Shown: positions 1 to 9,737, numbered from the stretch's first letter. The stretch is DNA of 41,825 nt from Bacillota bacterium (GCA_050259635.1 JBLNBA010000001.1:137329-179153); one strand, 5' to 3'. The notes: generated by a model from the sequence alone, not told the origin. Numbers and translations are program-made.

Positions 1-481
1 TCGTCTGTCCATCGGTTATGGTCGTGCTGCCAAGATTCTGGACATGCTGGAAGAAGCGGGAGTGATCGGTCCTTCCAACGGTTCTAAGCCGAGAGAAATC
101 CTTATTTCCAAGGAACAATTTGAGAACCTACAGAATCAGGGGATTAGCGGCATGCCGGTCCATCGCCGATCAGAAAGCTCGGCTCCGGGATCATATCTTG
201 GTGATGATGAAGGGGACGATGATACTCTGGCCTTTTCCCCAGAAGGGGAAGCATCCAAGCCAATTTCGGAAGAAGAGCCAGAAAGGGAAGCGCCGGATTT
301 TTTACTGGAAAATGACGGTCCCGATGATGACGTGAAGGGTGAGGATGAGATCCTGCAGGAAATCAGGGAAGAAGAGGATGCGCCTCCTCCTCAAGAATAT
401 AAACCCGACGAAAAACCAAATCCCAAGCCGAAACCGAGAGTCTTCGATGAGGAGGATGAAGGGATGTTCTTCAGCCGATAA
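1..481 (+). CDS. ftsK: DNA translocase FtsK/SpoIIIE, 3' end only (gamma domain plus long acidic tail)
   Basis: Frame 2 from position 2 reads [34 protein letters not shown], the FtsK gamma winged-helix signature. The gene begins before the window; stop TAA ends at 481. Confidence 0.93.
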   Translation, partial: RLSIGYGRAAKILDMLEEAGVIGPSNGSKPREILISKEQFENLQNQGISGMPVHRRSESSAPGSYLGDDEGDDDTLAFSPEGEASKPISEEEPEREAPDFLLENDGPDDDVKGEDEILQEIREEEDAPPPQEYKPDEKPNPKPKPRVFDEEDEGMFFSR

Positions 482-487
482 AGGAAT

Positions 488-512
488 AAGCCTCGCGCGA
501 GCGGGGCTTTTT
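488..512 (+). terminator. Rho-independent terminator after ftsK
   Basis: AAGCCTCGC-GCGA-GCGGGGCTT hairpin (GNRA loop) followed by a T run. Confidence 0.75.
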
Positions 513-571
513 GATCGGTTAAAATGAAAGAATAAGGCCATATTTGCCTTGTTCACCTCCGGCCGGTTTCT

Positions 572-580
572 TGATATAAT
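572..580 (+). promoter_or_regulatory. Extended -10 promoter (TGaTATAAT) 6 nt upstream of the murE ATG, probably a leaderless mRNA
   Basis: TG at 572-573, TATAAT at 575-580, ATG at 587, no SD in between. Confidence 0.6.
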
Positions 581-586
581 TGGCTT

Positions 587-2005
587 ATGCTTTCAAGACT
601 AAAAAGACTCATACCAAAGAAACTTTTCCGCCGTTTGCAGCCGGTCTACCATTATCTAATGGGAAGCTTGGCCGCCCTCGTTTACGGATTTCCCAGCCGC
701 AAGCTACTGGTGATCGGGGTTACTGGTACGACCGGGAAGACGACGACGGTTTATTTTCTTGCCCGTCTGCTTTCCGCTAACGGCTACAAGGCGGGATATA
801 CCTCGACCGCCCAGTTCAATGATGGCCAGAATGAGTGGCTTAATGACAAGAAAATGACCATGCCGGGACGCTTCTTTCTTCAGCGTACTTTGCGCCAAAT
901 GCTGAAGAATGGCTGTCGTGCGGCGATTGTGGAAACCACATCCCAGGGGGTGGAGCAGTTCCGTCACCGTTTCATTAATTATGATTTCTTGATCTTTACT
1001 AATCTTTACCCGGAACACATCGAGGCACATGGTAATTTTGAAAACTATAAGCATGCCAAAGGGAAACTCTTTGCTCATCTTTCAACCTGCAGTCCCAAGT
1101 ACATGGATGAGAACAAGCATATCGTCCTTGGAGCCAGTGGTTTCAAGAAGGCTGAATTGAGACGCATAAAGAAGACAGTTGTCATCAATGGGGATGAAGA
1201 GTATGCTCCGTATTTCCTTTCCTTTCCGGCGGAACGCAAGCTTATCTATACCCTTAATCCGACTAAGAAGGCTTCATCTTTTGATGTCGAAGGAGAGGCG
1301 ATCATTCCTCCGCCGGAGATATTGGTTTACGAACCGTTATTTTCCGAAGCGGCTGGCTCTCGTTTCCTGATGGCGGGAGAGGATTTCCATCTCCCTGTCC
1401 TGGGTTCCTATAACGTCTTTAACGCCGTCGCGGCCTTGGCTGCTGCGTTGGCTTTGGATATTAGCCCTAGGCAAGCGGCCCAGGCTTTATCCGATATAAA
1501 AGTACTTGCCGGCAAAATGGAAAAGATCGAGGTCGGACAGCCGTTCACCGTTTTGATCGATTATGCATTCGAACCCAAAGCTTTAGAGGCTCTGTACCAG
1601 AACGTGGAGCATATACCCCATAGAAGATTCATCCACATCCTGGGGTCTGCCGGCGGGGGGCGGGATCAGGCGCGAAGGCCTATTCTAGGAAGGATGGCCG
1701 GAGAGAAGGCGGATATAGTGATTATTACGGACGAGGATCCTTATGATGAGGACCCATCCTTGATCATTTCCCAAGTTGCTTCCGGAGCGGAGAAGGCAGG
1801 GAAGAAAGAGGGGAAAGATCTATATAAGGTAATAGATCGCAGAGGCGCGATGAGGCTGGCATTTAGATTGGCCGCGGAGGGCGATCTGGTATTGATCACC
1901 GGCAAGGGAGCGGAACAGTTCATTTGTGGGCCAAACGGCAGTAAAATGGCCTGGGACGACCGGCGGGTGGCCAGGGAAGAGTTATCTGTCTGGGCTGAAG
2001 GTTGA
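587..2005 (+). CDS. murE: UDP-N-acetylmuramoyl-tripeptide synthetase (MurE-type Mur ligase)
   Basis: P-loop GVTGTTGKTTT, ETTSQG, TNLYPEHIEAH, GGGRD..RP..G, DEDPYDEDP and LITGKGAE match the MurE layout. Confidence 0.88.
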   Translation: MLSRLKRLIPKKLFRRLQPVYHYLMGSLAALVYGFPSRKLLVIGVTGTTGKTTTVYFLARLLSANGYKAGYTSTAQFNDGQNEWLNDKKMTMPGRFFLQRTLRQMLKNGCRAAIVETTSQGVEQFRHRFINYDFLIFTNLYPEHIEAHGNFENYKHAKGKLFAHLSTCSPKYMDENKHIVLGASGFKKAELRRIKKTVVINGDEEYAPYFLSFPAERKLIYTLNPTKKASSFDVEGEAIIPPPEILVYEPLFSEAAGSRFLMAGEDFHLPVLGSYNVFNAVAALAAALALDISPRQAAQALSDIKVLAGKMEKIEVGQPFTVLIDYAFEPKALEALYQNVEHIPHRRFIHILGSAGGGRDQARRPILGRMAGEKADIVIITDEDPYDEDPSLIISQVASGAEKAGKKEGKDLYKVIDRRGAMRLAFRLAAEGDLVLITGKGAEQFICGPNGSKMAWDDRRVAREELSVWAEG

Positions 2006-2039
2006 AAAAGGGGTGAAAAGTCTGTGGAGAAGCTGTGTA

Positions 2040-2068
2040 TTGACAAATATTCCCTAATGTAATATTAT
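2040..2068 (+). promoter_or_regulatory. sigma70-type promoter for rpoBC
   Basis: TTGACA (2040-2045), 17-nt spacer, TATTAT (2063-2068). Confidence 0.75.
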
Positions 2069-2244
2069 GGAATATACAATCAGCAATTAGGTAAAAACCA
2101 ATAAAAAACGGCGCGTAAGGTGTATATTTTTTCGTCTGTCACCATCCGTTTTTTTTGTGATTTTCGCCAAATTCACTTTATAAATAACCATTATTCTAAA
2201 GTGATAGTCATCCCCAGGCGCTATAATAGATGAATAAAGAATAA

Positions 2245-2273
2245 CTCAAACTTTTTTAGTTTGAGGTTTTTTT
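2245..2273 (+). terminator. Terminator-like hairpin inside the rpoB leader (possible attenuator)
   Basis: CTCAAACT-TTTTT-AGTTTGAG followed by GTTTTTTT; the stem is AT-rich and weak. Confidence 0.4.
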
Positions 2274-2367
2274 GTTAAAACGCCTTCTCATCCATCAATA
2301 AATATCTGGCAAGCTATCGCCTTTCTCGTCCACCGGATGGCGATAGGCTCTGCCGCCCTTAAAGCAT

Positions 2368-5300
2368 ATGTCAAACGCGATTGTCACGGATAAAAAGATC
2401 GCCGAGCGTAAGTTCTTTACGGACTTCAAGGAGGTGATGCCTCTGCCGGACCTGATCGAGGTTCAGAAGGATTCTTATCGCTGGTTCCTTGAAGAGGGCT
2501 TGGCCGAGCTTTTTGATGAAATTAACCCGGTAACCGACTTTATCGGTCGTGATCTCGAGCTTTATTTCGAGGACTACTACCTCGATGAGCCGAAGTTCTC
2601 AGAAATAGAGAGTCGTGAGAAGAACATTACCTATGAATCTCCGCTCCGCGTAAAGACTCGCTTATTAAACAAGAAGAGCGGGCAGGTTTCCAACCAAGAG
2701 GTATATCTTGGTGATTTTCCGATCATGACTGACAAGGGAACCTTTATCATAAACGGCATTGAACGTGTCGTCGTTTCTCAGCTTATCCGTTCTGCCGGTG
2801 TCATGTTCACCGCCGAGTTCGTCAAAGGCAAGAAGTGCTACGGCGCAAAGATCATTCCGAATCGCGGCGCCTGGCTGGAAATAGAAACGGATTCCAATAA
2901 GGTCATTTGGGTCCGCATCGATCGGAAGCGCAAAGTTGCGGTAACCTCGCTTTTGCGCGCTTTTGGTTATGAGAGCGACGAAGAACTGAGGAAACTGTTT
3001 GTCGATGTCGATCTCGTGAAGAACAGCGAGGAACAGACTTTTATCGATGCGACTATCGAGAAGGATACCTCTAAGAATGAAGCGGAAGGTTTGCAAGAGG
3101 TGTATCGCCGCATCCGTCCGGGAGACCTTGCATCTGTCGATAACGCCAGACAGCTCATCCATTCGATGTTTTTTCGCTTTGACCGTTATGATTTCGGACG
3201 CGTCGGCCGCTATAAATTGAATCGCCGCTTCAGCCTTGATCTTCCGAATAAGAAGGAGAACCGCGTTTTGCGTAAGGAAGATCTTCTGTTGATAGTGAAA
3301 GAAGTCATCCGTCTGAATATCACTAAGGAGCCTGAAGATGATATCGACCATTTGGGTAATCGCCGTATCCGGGCGATCGGAGGCCTTATCCAAAACCGCT
3401 TCCGTGTGGGTCTTGCTCGCATGGAGCGTATCATCAAGGACCGCATGTCCACGACTGATATCGCCACCCTTACCCCGAACAAGCTGGTGAACTCACGACC
3501 TGTCATTGGCGTGGTCAAGGAATTCTTCATGTCATCCCAGCTTTCCCAGTTCATGGACCAGACTAATCCGCTGGCTGAGCTTGAACATAAGCGCCGCTTA
3601 TCCGCGATGGGCCCCGGAGGTCTCACCCGCGAGCGCGCCGGTTTCGATGTGCGCGATGTGCACGCCACCCATTATGGACGCATTTGTCCGATCGCTACTC
3701 CGGAAGGTCCGAATATCGGTTTAGTTGGGCATCTTTCGAGTTATGCTCGCTTAAATAGCTATGGCTTCCTTGAAACTCCCTATCGCCGCGTCAAGCATGA
3801 GAAGAGCGGCAGCCGTATTACTGATGAAATCGTCTATGTCGATGCTTTTGAAGAAGAGAAATTTATTACGGCCGATGCTACTATCCCGGTAGATGCGGAA
3901 AACCGCATCCTGGCCACTCGCTTTGAGGTCCGCAAATACGGGCAGCCGGGAGTGGAAGATGTCGATAAGATCGATTTCGTGGGCGTAGCTGCTAACCAGA
4001 TCATTTCTATTGCCACTTCCCTTATTCCTTTCATGGAACATAACGATGGACAGCGCTCCCTCATGGGTACTAACATGCAGCGCCAGGCCGTCCCGTTGGT
4101 CAAGGCGGAAGCGCCGATCGTGGGCACCGGTGTCGAAGCACGTGCCGCTCGCGATAGCGGACACGTTGTCATTGCAAAAGAAGACGGGATGGTAGTGAAA
4201 TCAGACGCCTCTGTGATTGAAGTAGAGAATAAGAAGGGGCAGGTCGTAAGGTATACCCTGAACAAGTTTCTCCGCTCCAATTCCTCAACCTGTATCAACC
4301 AGCATCCTTTAGTCTCCGTCGGCGATAAGGTTAAGGCCGGACAAATCCTTTCCGATGGCCCTTCGATCGATAACGGCGAGCTGTCCCTTGGGCGCAATGT
4401 CCTCGTAGCCTTCATGACTTGGGACGGTTTCAATTACGAAGACGCCGTAATCATTTCGGAACGCTTAGTGAAAGATGACGTCTATTCTAGCATCCATATC
4501 GAGAATTATACTATCGACGTCCGGGATACTAAGCTCGGTCCGGAAGTGATAACCAACGACATCCCCAACATCAGCGAAGAGAAACTCAAGAATCTGGACG
4601 AGGATGGCATTATTCATATTGGGGCAGAAGTATCTTCCGGCGATATTCTGGTCGGAAAGATCACTCCTAAAGGAGAAACTACTTTATCCGCGGAAGAGAA
4701 GCTCTTACGCGCGATCTTCGGCGAGAAAGCCAAGGATGTGCGTGATTCTTCCCTCTATCTTGAGCATGGCGAACACGGCAAGGTGGTAGACGTAAAGATC
4801 TTCTCCCGCGAGGAAGGAGACAAGCTGGCAGCCGGAGTTTTGAAATCCATCCAGGTATCGGTAGCCAATCTGCGCAAAGTCCAGGTTGGTGATAAGGTAT
4901 CCGGCAGACACGGCAATAAGGGCGTTATCTCCCGTATCGTTGCTGCTGAGGATATGCCTTATATGGCGGATGGTACGCCGATCGACGTCATCCTGTCTCC
5001 GCTCGGTATTATCTCCCGTATGAACCTCGGCCAGTTGCTCGAATCCCATCTCGGCTTTGCCGCCCAGAAGCTCGGCTATCGCGTTGCGACTCCGGCCTTA
5101 AACGGTATTACCGAGGAGCAGATCAGAGAAGAACTGAGAAAGGCGGGTCTGCCGGAAGACGGCAAGGTCACTCTTTATGACGGACGCACCGGCATCGCTT
5201 TTGACCATAAGATTACCGTCGGATATAAATACGTATTGAAACTGAACCATATGGTGGAAGATAAAATCCACCAGCGCTCGATCGGTCCTTATTCCCTTAT

Positions 5301-5703
5301 CACCCAACAGCCGTTGGGAGGAAAGGCGCAATTCGGCGGACAGCGTTTCGGAGAAATGGAAGTCTGGGCTCTCGAAGGTTATGGAGCTTCCCATACTTTA
5401 CAGGAAATGCTGACCATTAAGTCGGACGACGTCCCCGGACGCAGCAAGGCTTATGAAGCCATCATCAAAGGTGAAGAGATTGAGAAGCTCAATGTTCCGG
5501 AGTCTTTCAATGTTTTGATCCGCGAACTTAAAGGTTTGGGGTTGAGCGTTGAATTACTCGGCGGCGGGAGTGCCCAGCCGGCCTCGGAAGTCGTCACCGA
5601 GCTTGACTTGGAGGAGAAGAAAGACGAACGCTTCGAGCATGACGCTCCGGAAATTATCGCGGTCGACGATCGCGTTGAGAACCCGGGTTCTTCCGAGGAA
5701 TAA
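2368..5703 (+). CDS. rpoB: DNA-directed RNA polymerase subunit beta
   Basis: GTFIINGIERVVVSQL, SQLSQFMDQTNPLAELEHKRRLSA, GDKVSGRHGNKG and GGQRFGEMEVWALE; 1111 aa. Confidence 0.99.
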   Translation: MSNAIVTDKKIAERKFFTDFKEVMPLPDLIEVQKDSYRWFLEEGLAELFDEINPVTDFIGRDLELYFEDYYLDEPKFSEIESREKNITYESPLRVKTRLLNKKSGQVSNQEVYLGDFPIMTDKGTFIINGIERVVVSQLIRSAGVMFTAEFVKGKKCYGAKIIPNRGAWLEIETDSNKVIWVRIDRKRKVAVTSLLRAFGYESDEELRKLFVDVDLVKNSEEQTFIDATIEKDTSKNEAEGLQEVYRRIRPGDLASVDNARQLIHSMFFRFDRYDFGRVGRYKLNRRFSLDLPNKKENRVLRKEDLLLIVKEVIRLNITKEPEDDIDHLGNRRIRAIGGLIQNRFRVGLARMERIIKDRMSTTDIATLTPNKLVNSRPVIGVVKEFFMSSQLSQFMDQTNPLAELEHKRRLSAMGPGGLTRERAGFDVRDVHATHYGRICPIATPEGPNIGLVGHLSSYARLNSYGFLETPYRRVKHEKSGSRITDEIVYVDAFEEEKFITADATIPVDAENRILATRFEVRKYGQPGVEDVDKIDFVGVAANQIISIATSLIPFMEHNDGQRSLMGTNMQRQAVPLVKAEAPIVGTGVEARAARDSGHVVIAKEDGMVVKSDASVIEVENKKGQVVRYTLNKFLRSNSSTCINQHPLVSVGDKVKAGQILSDGPSIDNGELSLGRNVLVAFMTWDGFNYEDAVIISERLVKDDVYSSIHIENYTIDVRDTKLGPEVITNDIPNISEEKLKNLDEDGIIHIGAEVSSGDILVGKITPKGETTLSAEEKLLRAIFGEKAKDVRDSSLYLEHGEHGKVVDVKIFSREEGDKLAAGVLKSIQVSVANLRKVQVGDKVSGRHGNKGVISRIVAAEDMPYMADGTPIDVILSPLGIISRMNLGQLLESHLGFAAQKLGYRVATPALNGITEEQIREELRKAGLPEDGKVTLYDGRTGIAFDHKITVGYKYVLKLNHMVEDKIHQRSIGPYSLITQQPLGGKAQFGGQRFGEMEVWALEGYGASHTLQEMLTIKSDDVPGRSKAYEAIIKGEEIEKLNVPESFNVLIRELKGLGLSVELLGGGSAQPASEVVTELDLEEKKDERFEHDAPEIIAVDDRVENPGSSEE

Positions 5704-5737
5704 TCCCGGAGGCTAACGAAACCATCTACATACATAT

Positions 5738-8700
5738 ATGTTGAATCCAATCAAAACCAGCGATTTCGATGCCATCCGCCTGAAGCTTGCTTCACCGGAG
5801 GAAATCTTGTCCTGGTCGCATGGCGAAGTTACTCGCCCGGAAACGATCAACTACCGCACTCAGAAGCCGGAAAAGGACGGTCTTTTCTGCGAGAAGATCT
5901 TTGGTCCGACAAAGGACTGGGAATGTGCCTGCGGAAAATATAAGAAGATCCGTTACAAAGGCATCGTCTGCGATAAGTGCGGCGTCGAAGTGACGCGCAG
6001 TATTGTCCGGCGCGAACGCATGGGTCATATCTCTCTTCAGATTCCGACCACCCACATCTGGTTCCTTCGTGGCATTTCTTCCAAGATCGGCTTGCTTTTG
6101 AATCTCGGCATTCAGTCTTTGGAGAAGGTGATCTATTTCGCCAGCTTCATCGTGACCGATGTCGACGAGAATCTCAAAGAGACGACCATCGAACAGGTGA
6201 AGAGCGAGCATAAATCCAAGCGCAAGAGCATCGAGGGAGATTATAACCAGCAAGTCAAGCGTCTCCAAGAAAAAGGAGATGATAAAGAGGGGGTGACTTT
6301 GAAGGATCTTGCTAAGGAGCGCGATGCGAAGCTTGAACAGCTTGAGGAAGATTTTGCACAGGTGACGAAAGAGCTTAAGGAGCTCAAGCCTTTGCTTATT
6401 CTTTCCGAGCATCAATATCAGAATTTGAGCTTGAAGTTCGGCCATATCTTTGAAGCAGGAATCGGCGCCGAAGCTATCCGCCATTTACTTGAGCGCATCG
6501 ATCTCGATAAGAGCATCGGTAAGATCGAAGAAAAGCTTGGCGGAGCTGTTGATTCTAAACGCGACAAGCTGATCAAACGCCTCAAGCTTCTAAAGAGCTT
6601 CCGGAATAACAATCTGCGCCCGGAATGGATGATTCTTACCGTATTGCCGGTTGTTCCTCCGGATTTGCGCCCGATGGTCGCTCTTGACGGCGGCCGCTTT
6701 GCCGCATCCGACTTGAATGACCTTTATCGACGCGTTATCAATCGCAATAACCGCCTCAAGCAGCTTATCGACCTTAATGCTCCGGAAGTCATCTGCCGTA
6801 ACGAGAAGCGCATGCTTCAAGAAGCGGTCGATGCTTTGATTGATAATTCCGCTCGCCATACCAAGACCGTTACCGCCTCGACCGGACAGAAGCGTCAGCT
6901 CAAGTCCTTAGCCGACGGGCTTAAAGGTAAGCAGGGACGCTTCCGTCAGAACTTGCTCGGAAAGCGCGTGGATTATTCCGGACGCAGCGTTATCGTCGTT
7001 AATCCTCGCCTTAATCTCGATCAATGCGGCTTGCCGAAGATCATGGCGCTTGAACTTTTTAAGCCCTTCATTATCAGCCAGCTGATCAAGCGCGAGATCG
7101 TGCATAATGTTCGCAGCGCTTCCCGTTATATCGAGGCCGGCCATGATGAGGTGTGGGATATCCTGGAAGAGACGGTAAAGGAGGCGTATGTTCTCCTGAA
7201 TCGCGCTCCGACTTTGCATCGTTTGGGTATCCAGGCCTTTAAGCCGATCCTGATCGAAGGTAAAGCAATCCAGATCCATCCGCTTGTCTGTACGGCTTTC
7301 AATGCCGACTTCGATGGCGACCAAATGGCCGTCCATGTTCCGCTTACCAAGGAAGCCAAGAATGAAGCAGCTAATATCATGCTGTCTTCCCACAATCTAT
7401 TGAAACCGGCGACTGGCGATCCGATTGTCGCTCCGGCTCAGGATATTGTCTGGGGTACTTATTACATCACTCTGGAAGACCCTAAGACCAAAGACAAGCC
7501 GAATGAGGAGCTTAAGCATTTTTATGATGCGGACGACGCTCTGCTCGGTTATGAGAACGCCCATGTGGCCTTGAATGAACCGGTAGTGATCAAGCTCAAG
7601 GGCGAGCGCATCCGCACGACCGTCGGACGCATCATCTTCAATAACATCCTTCCGGAAAAACTCCGCTATATTAACGAGGTGGTAGGCAAGGGGAAGCTCA
7701 AGGATCTGATCCGCGAATGCTTGCGCCAATATACTGAAGAGGAAACCGTGCATTTCATCGATAATCTCAAAAACAAGAGCTTCTCTTTCATTACCAAGTC
7801 CGGCCTTTCCTGGGGATTCGGAGATTTGCCGTCTCTGCCCGAAAAGGATCGCTTGATCGAGGAGGCTAATAAGAAAGTCGACCTTATCCAAGAGCAATAT
7901 GAAGAAGGTTTGCTAACCGAGAGCGAGCGTCTCGCCAAAGTCATTGAGGAATGGACGAATACCAAGGACCGCATCGCTGATGTTTGCAAGGCCGGTCTTC
8001 TCGATATCCTGCCTGTATATTCGATGATCGATTCCGGTGCTCGCGGATCCTGGGCCCAGCCGGTTCAGATCCTCGGGATGAAGGGTCTCGTTACCTCTCC
8101 TTCCGGCGCCATCATTGAATTGCCGGTAAAAGGCAACTTCAAGGAAGGATTCGGCGTGCTTGAATATTTCATCTCTACTCACGGCGTCCGCAAAGGTTTA
8201 TCCGATACCGCTTTGAGAACCGCTAACGCCGGTTATCTTACCCGCCGCTTGATCGATGTATCTCAAGATGTCATCGTTACTGAAGAAGATTGCGGAGACA
8301 AGAAGGGCGTAACTTATACTAAGGAAGAAACGGAAAAGACCGGAGAAGATTTTTATAAGAAGATCATCGGACGGTACCTTGCCGGAGAGGCTCATGATAA
8401 GGATGACAAGGTGGCCGCTAAAGCAGGTAGCCTTATCACCGAAGACGTCTCCAAGGAGTTCAAGCAGAAGGGAATCGTAAACCTGCGTCTGCGTTCCGTA
8501 CTTTCCTGCCATCTTCATAAGGGTGTTTGTGCCAAGTGCTATGGCTGGGACCTTGCATATAATAAGGAAGTGAAGCTCGGATCGGCGGTCGGCATTATCG
8601 CCGCCCAGTCTATCGGTGAACCTGGAACCCAGCTCACCATGAGAACCTTCCATACCGGAGGTGTGGCCGGACAGGACGATATCACCCAGGGTCTGCCGCG

Positions 8701-9688
8701 CGTCGAAGAAATCTTTGAAGCCCGAAGCCCGAAAAAGAAAGCTTTAATTTCCGATGTCGCCGGTTCGATCAAGATCGATTTCGCCCAGAAGACGATTAAG
8801 GGTGAGGATGGACGCGACATTGTCGTGCCGAATCCTCAGGCGAAGATCTTGAGCATCCAGTATCGGGGCAAGGAAGCGGAGAAGTATTATTTCTCCGAGA
8901 AGATTAACGAACTTAAGCTCACGGCTGGGATGACCGCTAAGGATAAGAAAAAGCTCACGGTGGAAGTGCTGGTGAAAGAAGGAGACAAGCTCTCCAAGGG
9001 AGCCGAGCTTTTCCGCGTAGGCGGCGAGTCTGTTAAAGCTAAGAGCGCCGGTGTCGCCGGAGTAAATGACAAGTATGTCAGCGTCGCGAAAGAAGTTGAT
9101 AAGGTGAAGGAATATTCTATCCTCAAGGGCACTATGCTCATGGTTAAGGACGGTGATGCCGTTGAACGCGGTACCCAGCTGACCGAGGGCAGCCTAGACT
9201 TGCGCGAACTCTATAAGCTCAAAGGAGAACTTGAGACTCAGAAGTACATCATCCGTGAAATCCAATACGTCTATTCTTCCCAGGGCCAGCCGTTAAATGA
9301 TAAGCACGTCGAGATTATAGCTCGCCAGATGTTTTCCCGCTTCCTTATCAAGGATCCGGGCGATACCGGCATGCTCCCTGGCGAAACGGTTGAGGCGGAA
9401 GTATTCGAACACGCTAACCTGGATGCTAAGGTTCCCGCTAAAGGCGATCGCTTGCTCATGGGCATCACTAAGGCATCTTTGACGACGGATAGCTTCCTTT
9501 CCGCAGCGTCCTTCCAAGAAACCCCTCGCGTCTTGATTGAAGCGGCCGTGAACGGCAAGATCGATTATCTTGAAGGCTTAAAGGAGAATGTTATCATCGG
9601 TTGTCTCATCCCTGCCGGAACTGGTTATAAGGGAAAGAAAGTCCGTGAGGAATACGAAGGCATCAAACCTCAGGAAGAGAAAAAATAA
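5738..9688 (+). CDS. rpoC: DNA-directed RNA polymerase subunit beta'
   Basis: Zn ribbon CACGKYK..CDKCG, catalytic NADFDGD, AQSIGEPGTQLTMRTFH and SFLSAASFQET; 1316 aa. Confidence 0.99.
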   Translation: MLNPIKTSDFDAIRLKLASPEEILSWSHGEVTRPETINYRTQKPEKDGLFCEKIFGPTKDWECACGKYKKIRYKGIVCDKCGVEVTRSIVRRERMGHISLQIPTTHIWFLRGISSKIGLLLNLGIQSLEKVIYFASFIVTDVDENLKETTIEQVKSEHKSKRKSIEGDYNQQVKRLQEKGDDKEGVTLKDLAKERDAKLEQLEEDFAQVTKELKELKPLLILSEHQYQNLSLKFGHIFEAGIGAEAIRHLLERIDLDKSIGKIEEKLGGAVDSKRDKLIKRLKLLKSFRNNNLRPEWMILTVLPVVPPDLRPMVALDGGRFAASDLNDLYRRVINRNNRLKQLIDLNAPEVICRNEKRMLQEAVDALIDNSARHTKTVTASTGQKRQLKSLADGLKGKQGRFRQNLLGKRVDYSGRSVIVVNPRLNLDQCGLPKIMALELFKPFIISQLIKREIVHNVRSASRYIEAGHDEVWDILEETVKEAYVLLNRAPTLHRLGIQAFKPILIEGKAIQIHPLVCTAFNADFDGDQMAVHVPLTKEAKNEAANIMLSSHNLLKPATGDPIVAPAQDIVWGTYYITLEDPKTKDKPNEELKHFYDADDALLGYENAHVALNEPVVIKLKGERIRTTVGRIIFNNILPEKLRYINEVVGKGKLKDLIRECLRQYTEEETVHFIDNLKNKSFSFITKSGLSWGFGDLPSLPEKDRLIEEANKKVDLIQEQYEEGLLTESERLAKVIEEWTNTKDRIADVCKAGLLDILPVYSMIDSGARGSWAQPVQILGMKGLVTSPSGAIIELPVKGNFKEGFGVLEYFISTHGVRKGLSDTALRTANAGYLTRRLIDVSQDVIVTEEDCGDKKGVTYTKEETEKTGEDFYKKIIGRYLAGEAHDKDDKVAAKAGSLITEDVSKEFKQKGIVNLRLRSVLSCHLHKGVCAKCYGWDLAYNKEVKLGSAVGIIAAQSIGEPGTQLTMRTFHTGGVAGQDDITQGLPRVEEIFEARSPKKKALISDVAGSIKIDFAQKTIKGEDGRDIVVPNPQAKILSIQYRGKEAEKYYFSEKINELKLTAGMTAKDKKKLTVEVLVKEGDKLSKGAELFRVGGESVKAKSAGVAGVNDKYVSVAKEVDKVKEYSILKGTMLMVKDGDAVERGTQLTEGSLDLRELYKLKGELETQKYIIREIQYVYSSQGQPLNDKHVEIIARQMFSRFLIKDPGDTGMLPGETVEAEVFEHANLDAKVPAKGDRLLMGITKASLTTDSFLSAASFQETPRVLIEAAVNGKIDYLEGLKENVIIGCLIPAGTGYKGKKVREEYEGIKPQEEKK

Positions 9689-9704
9689 CATTTGTATATC
9701 TATT

Positions 9705-9737
9705 AGAAAAACCCTCCAAGCGGAGGGTTTTTCTTTT
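9705..9737 (+). terminator. Rho-independent terminator after rpoC
   Basis: AGAAAAACCCTCC-AAGC-GGAGGGTTTTTCT perfect inverted repeat followed by Ts. Confidence 0.85.

Noticed and set aside
2006-2367. Replication origin or tRNA in the murE-rpoB gap
   Set aside because: There is no perfect DnaA box, no dnaA/dnaN nearby and no cloverleaf with a T-loop motif; a promoter plus leader explains the gap.
3520-3620. Rifampicin-resistance substitutions in RpoB cluster I
   Set aside because: The Q, D, H and S residues of SQFMDQ..EHKRRLS match the sensitive consensus.
2665-9558. Many antisense and alternate-frame ORFs inside rpoB and rpoC (up to 242 aa), and similar ones inside leuS, lepA and the por genes
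   Set aside because: They lie wholly within well-supported genes, show no recognisable motifs, and are expected shadows of codon bias.
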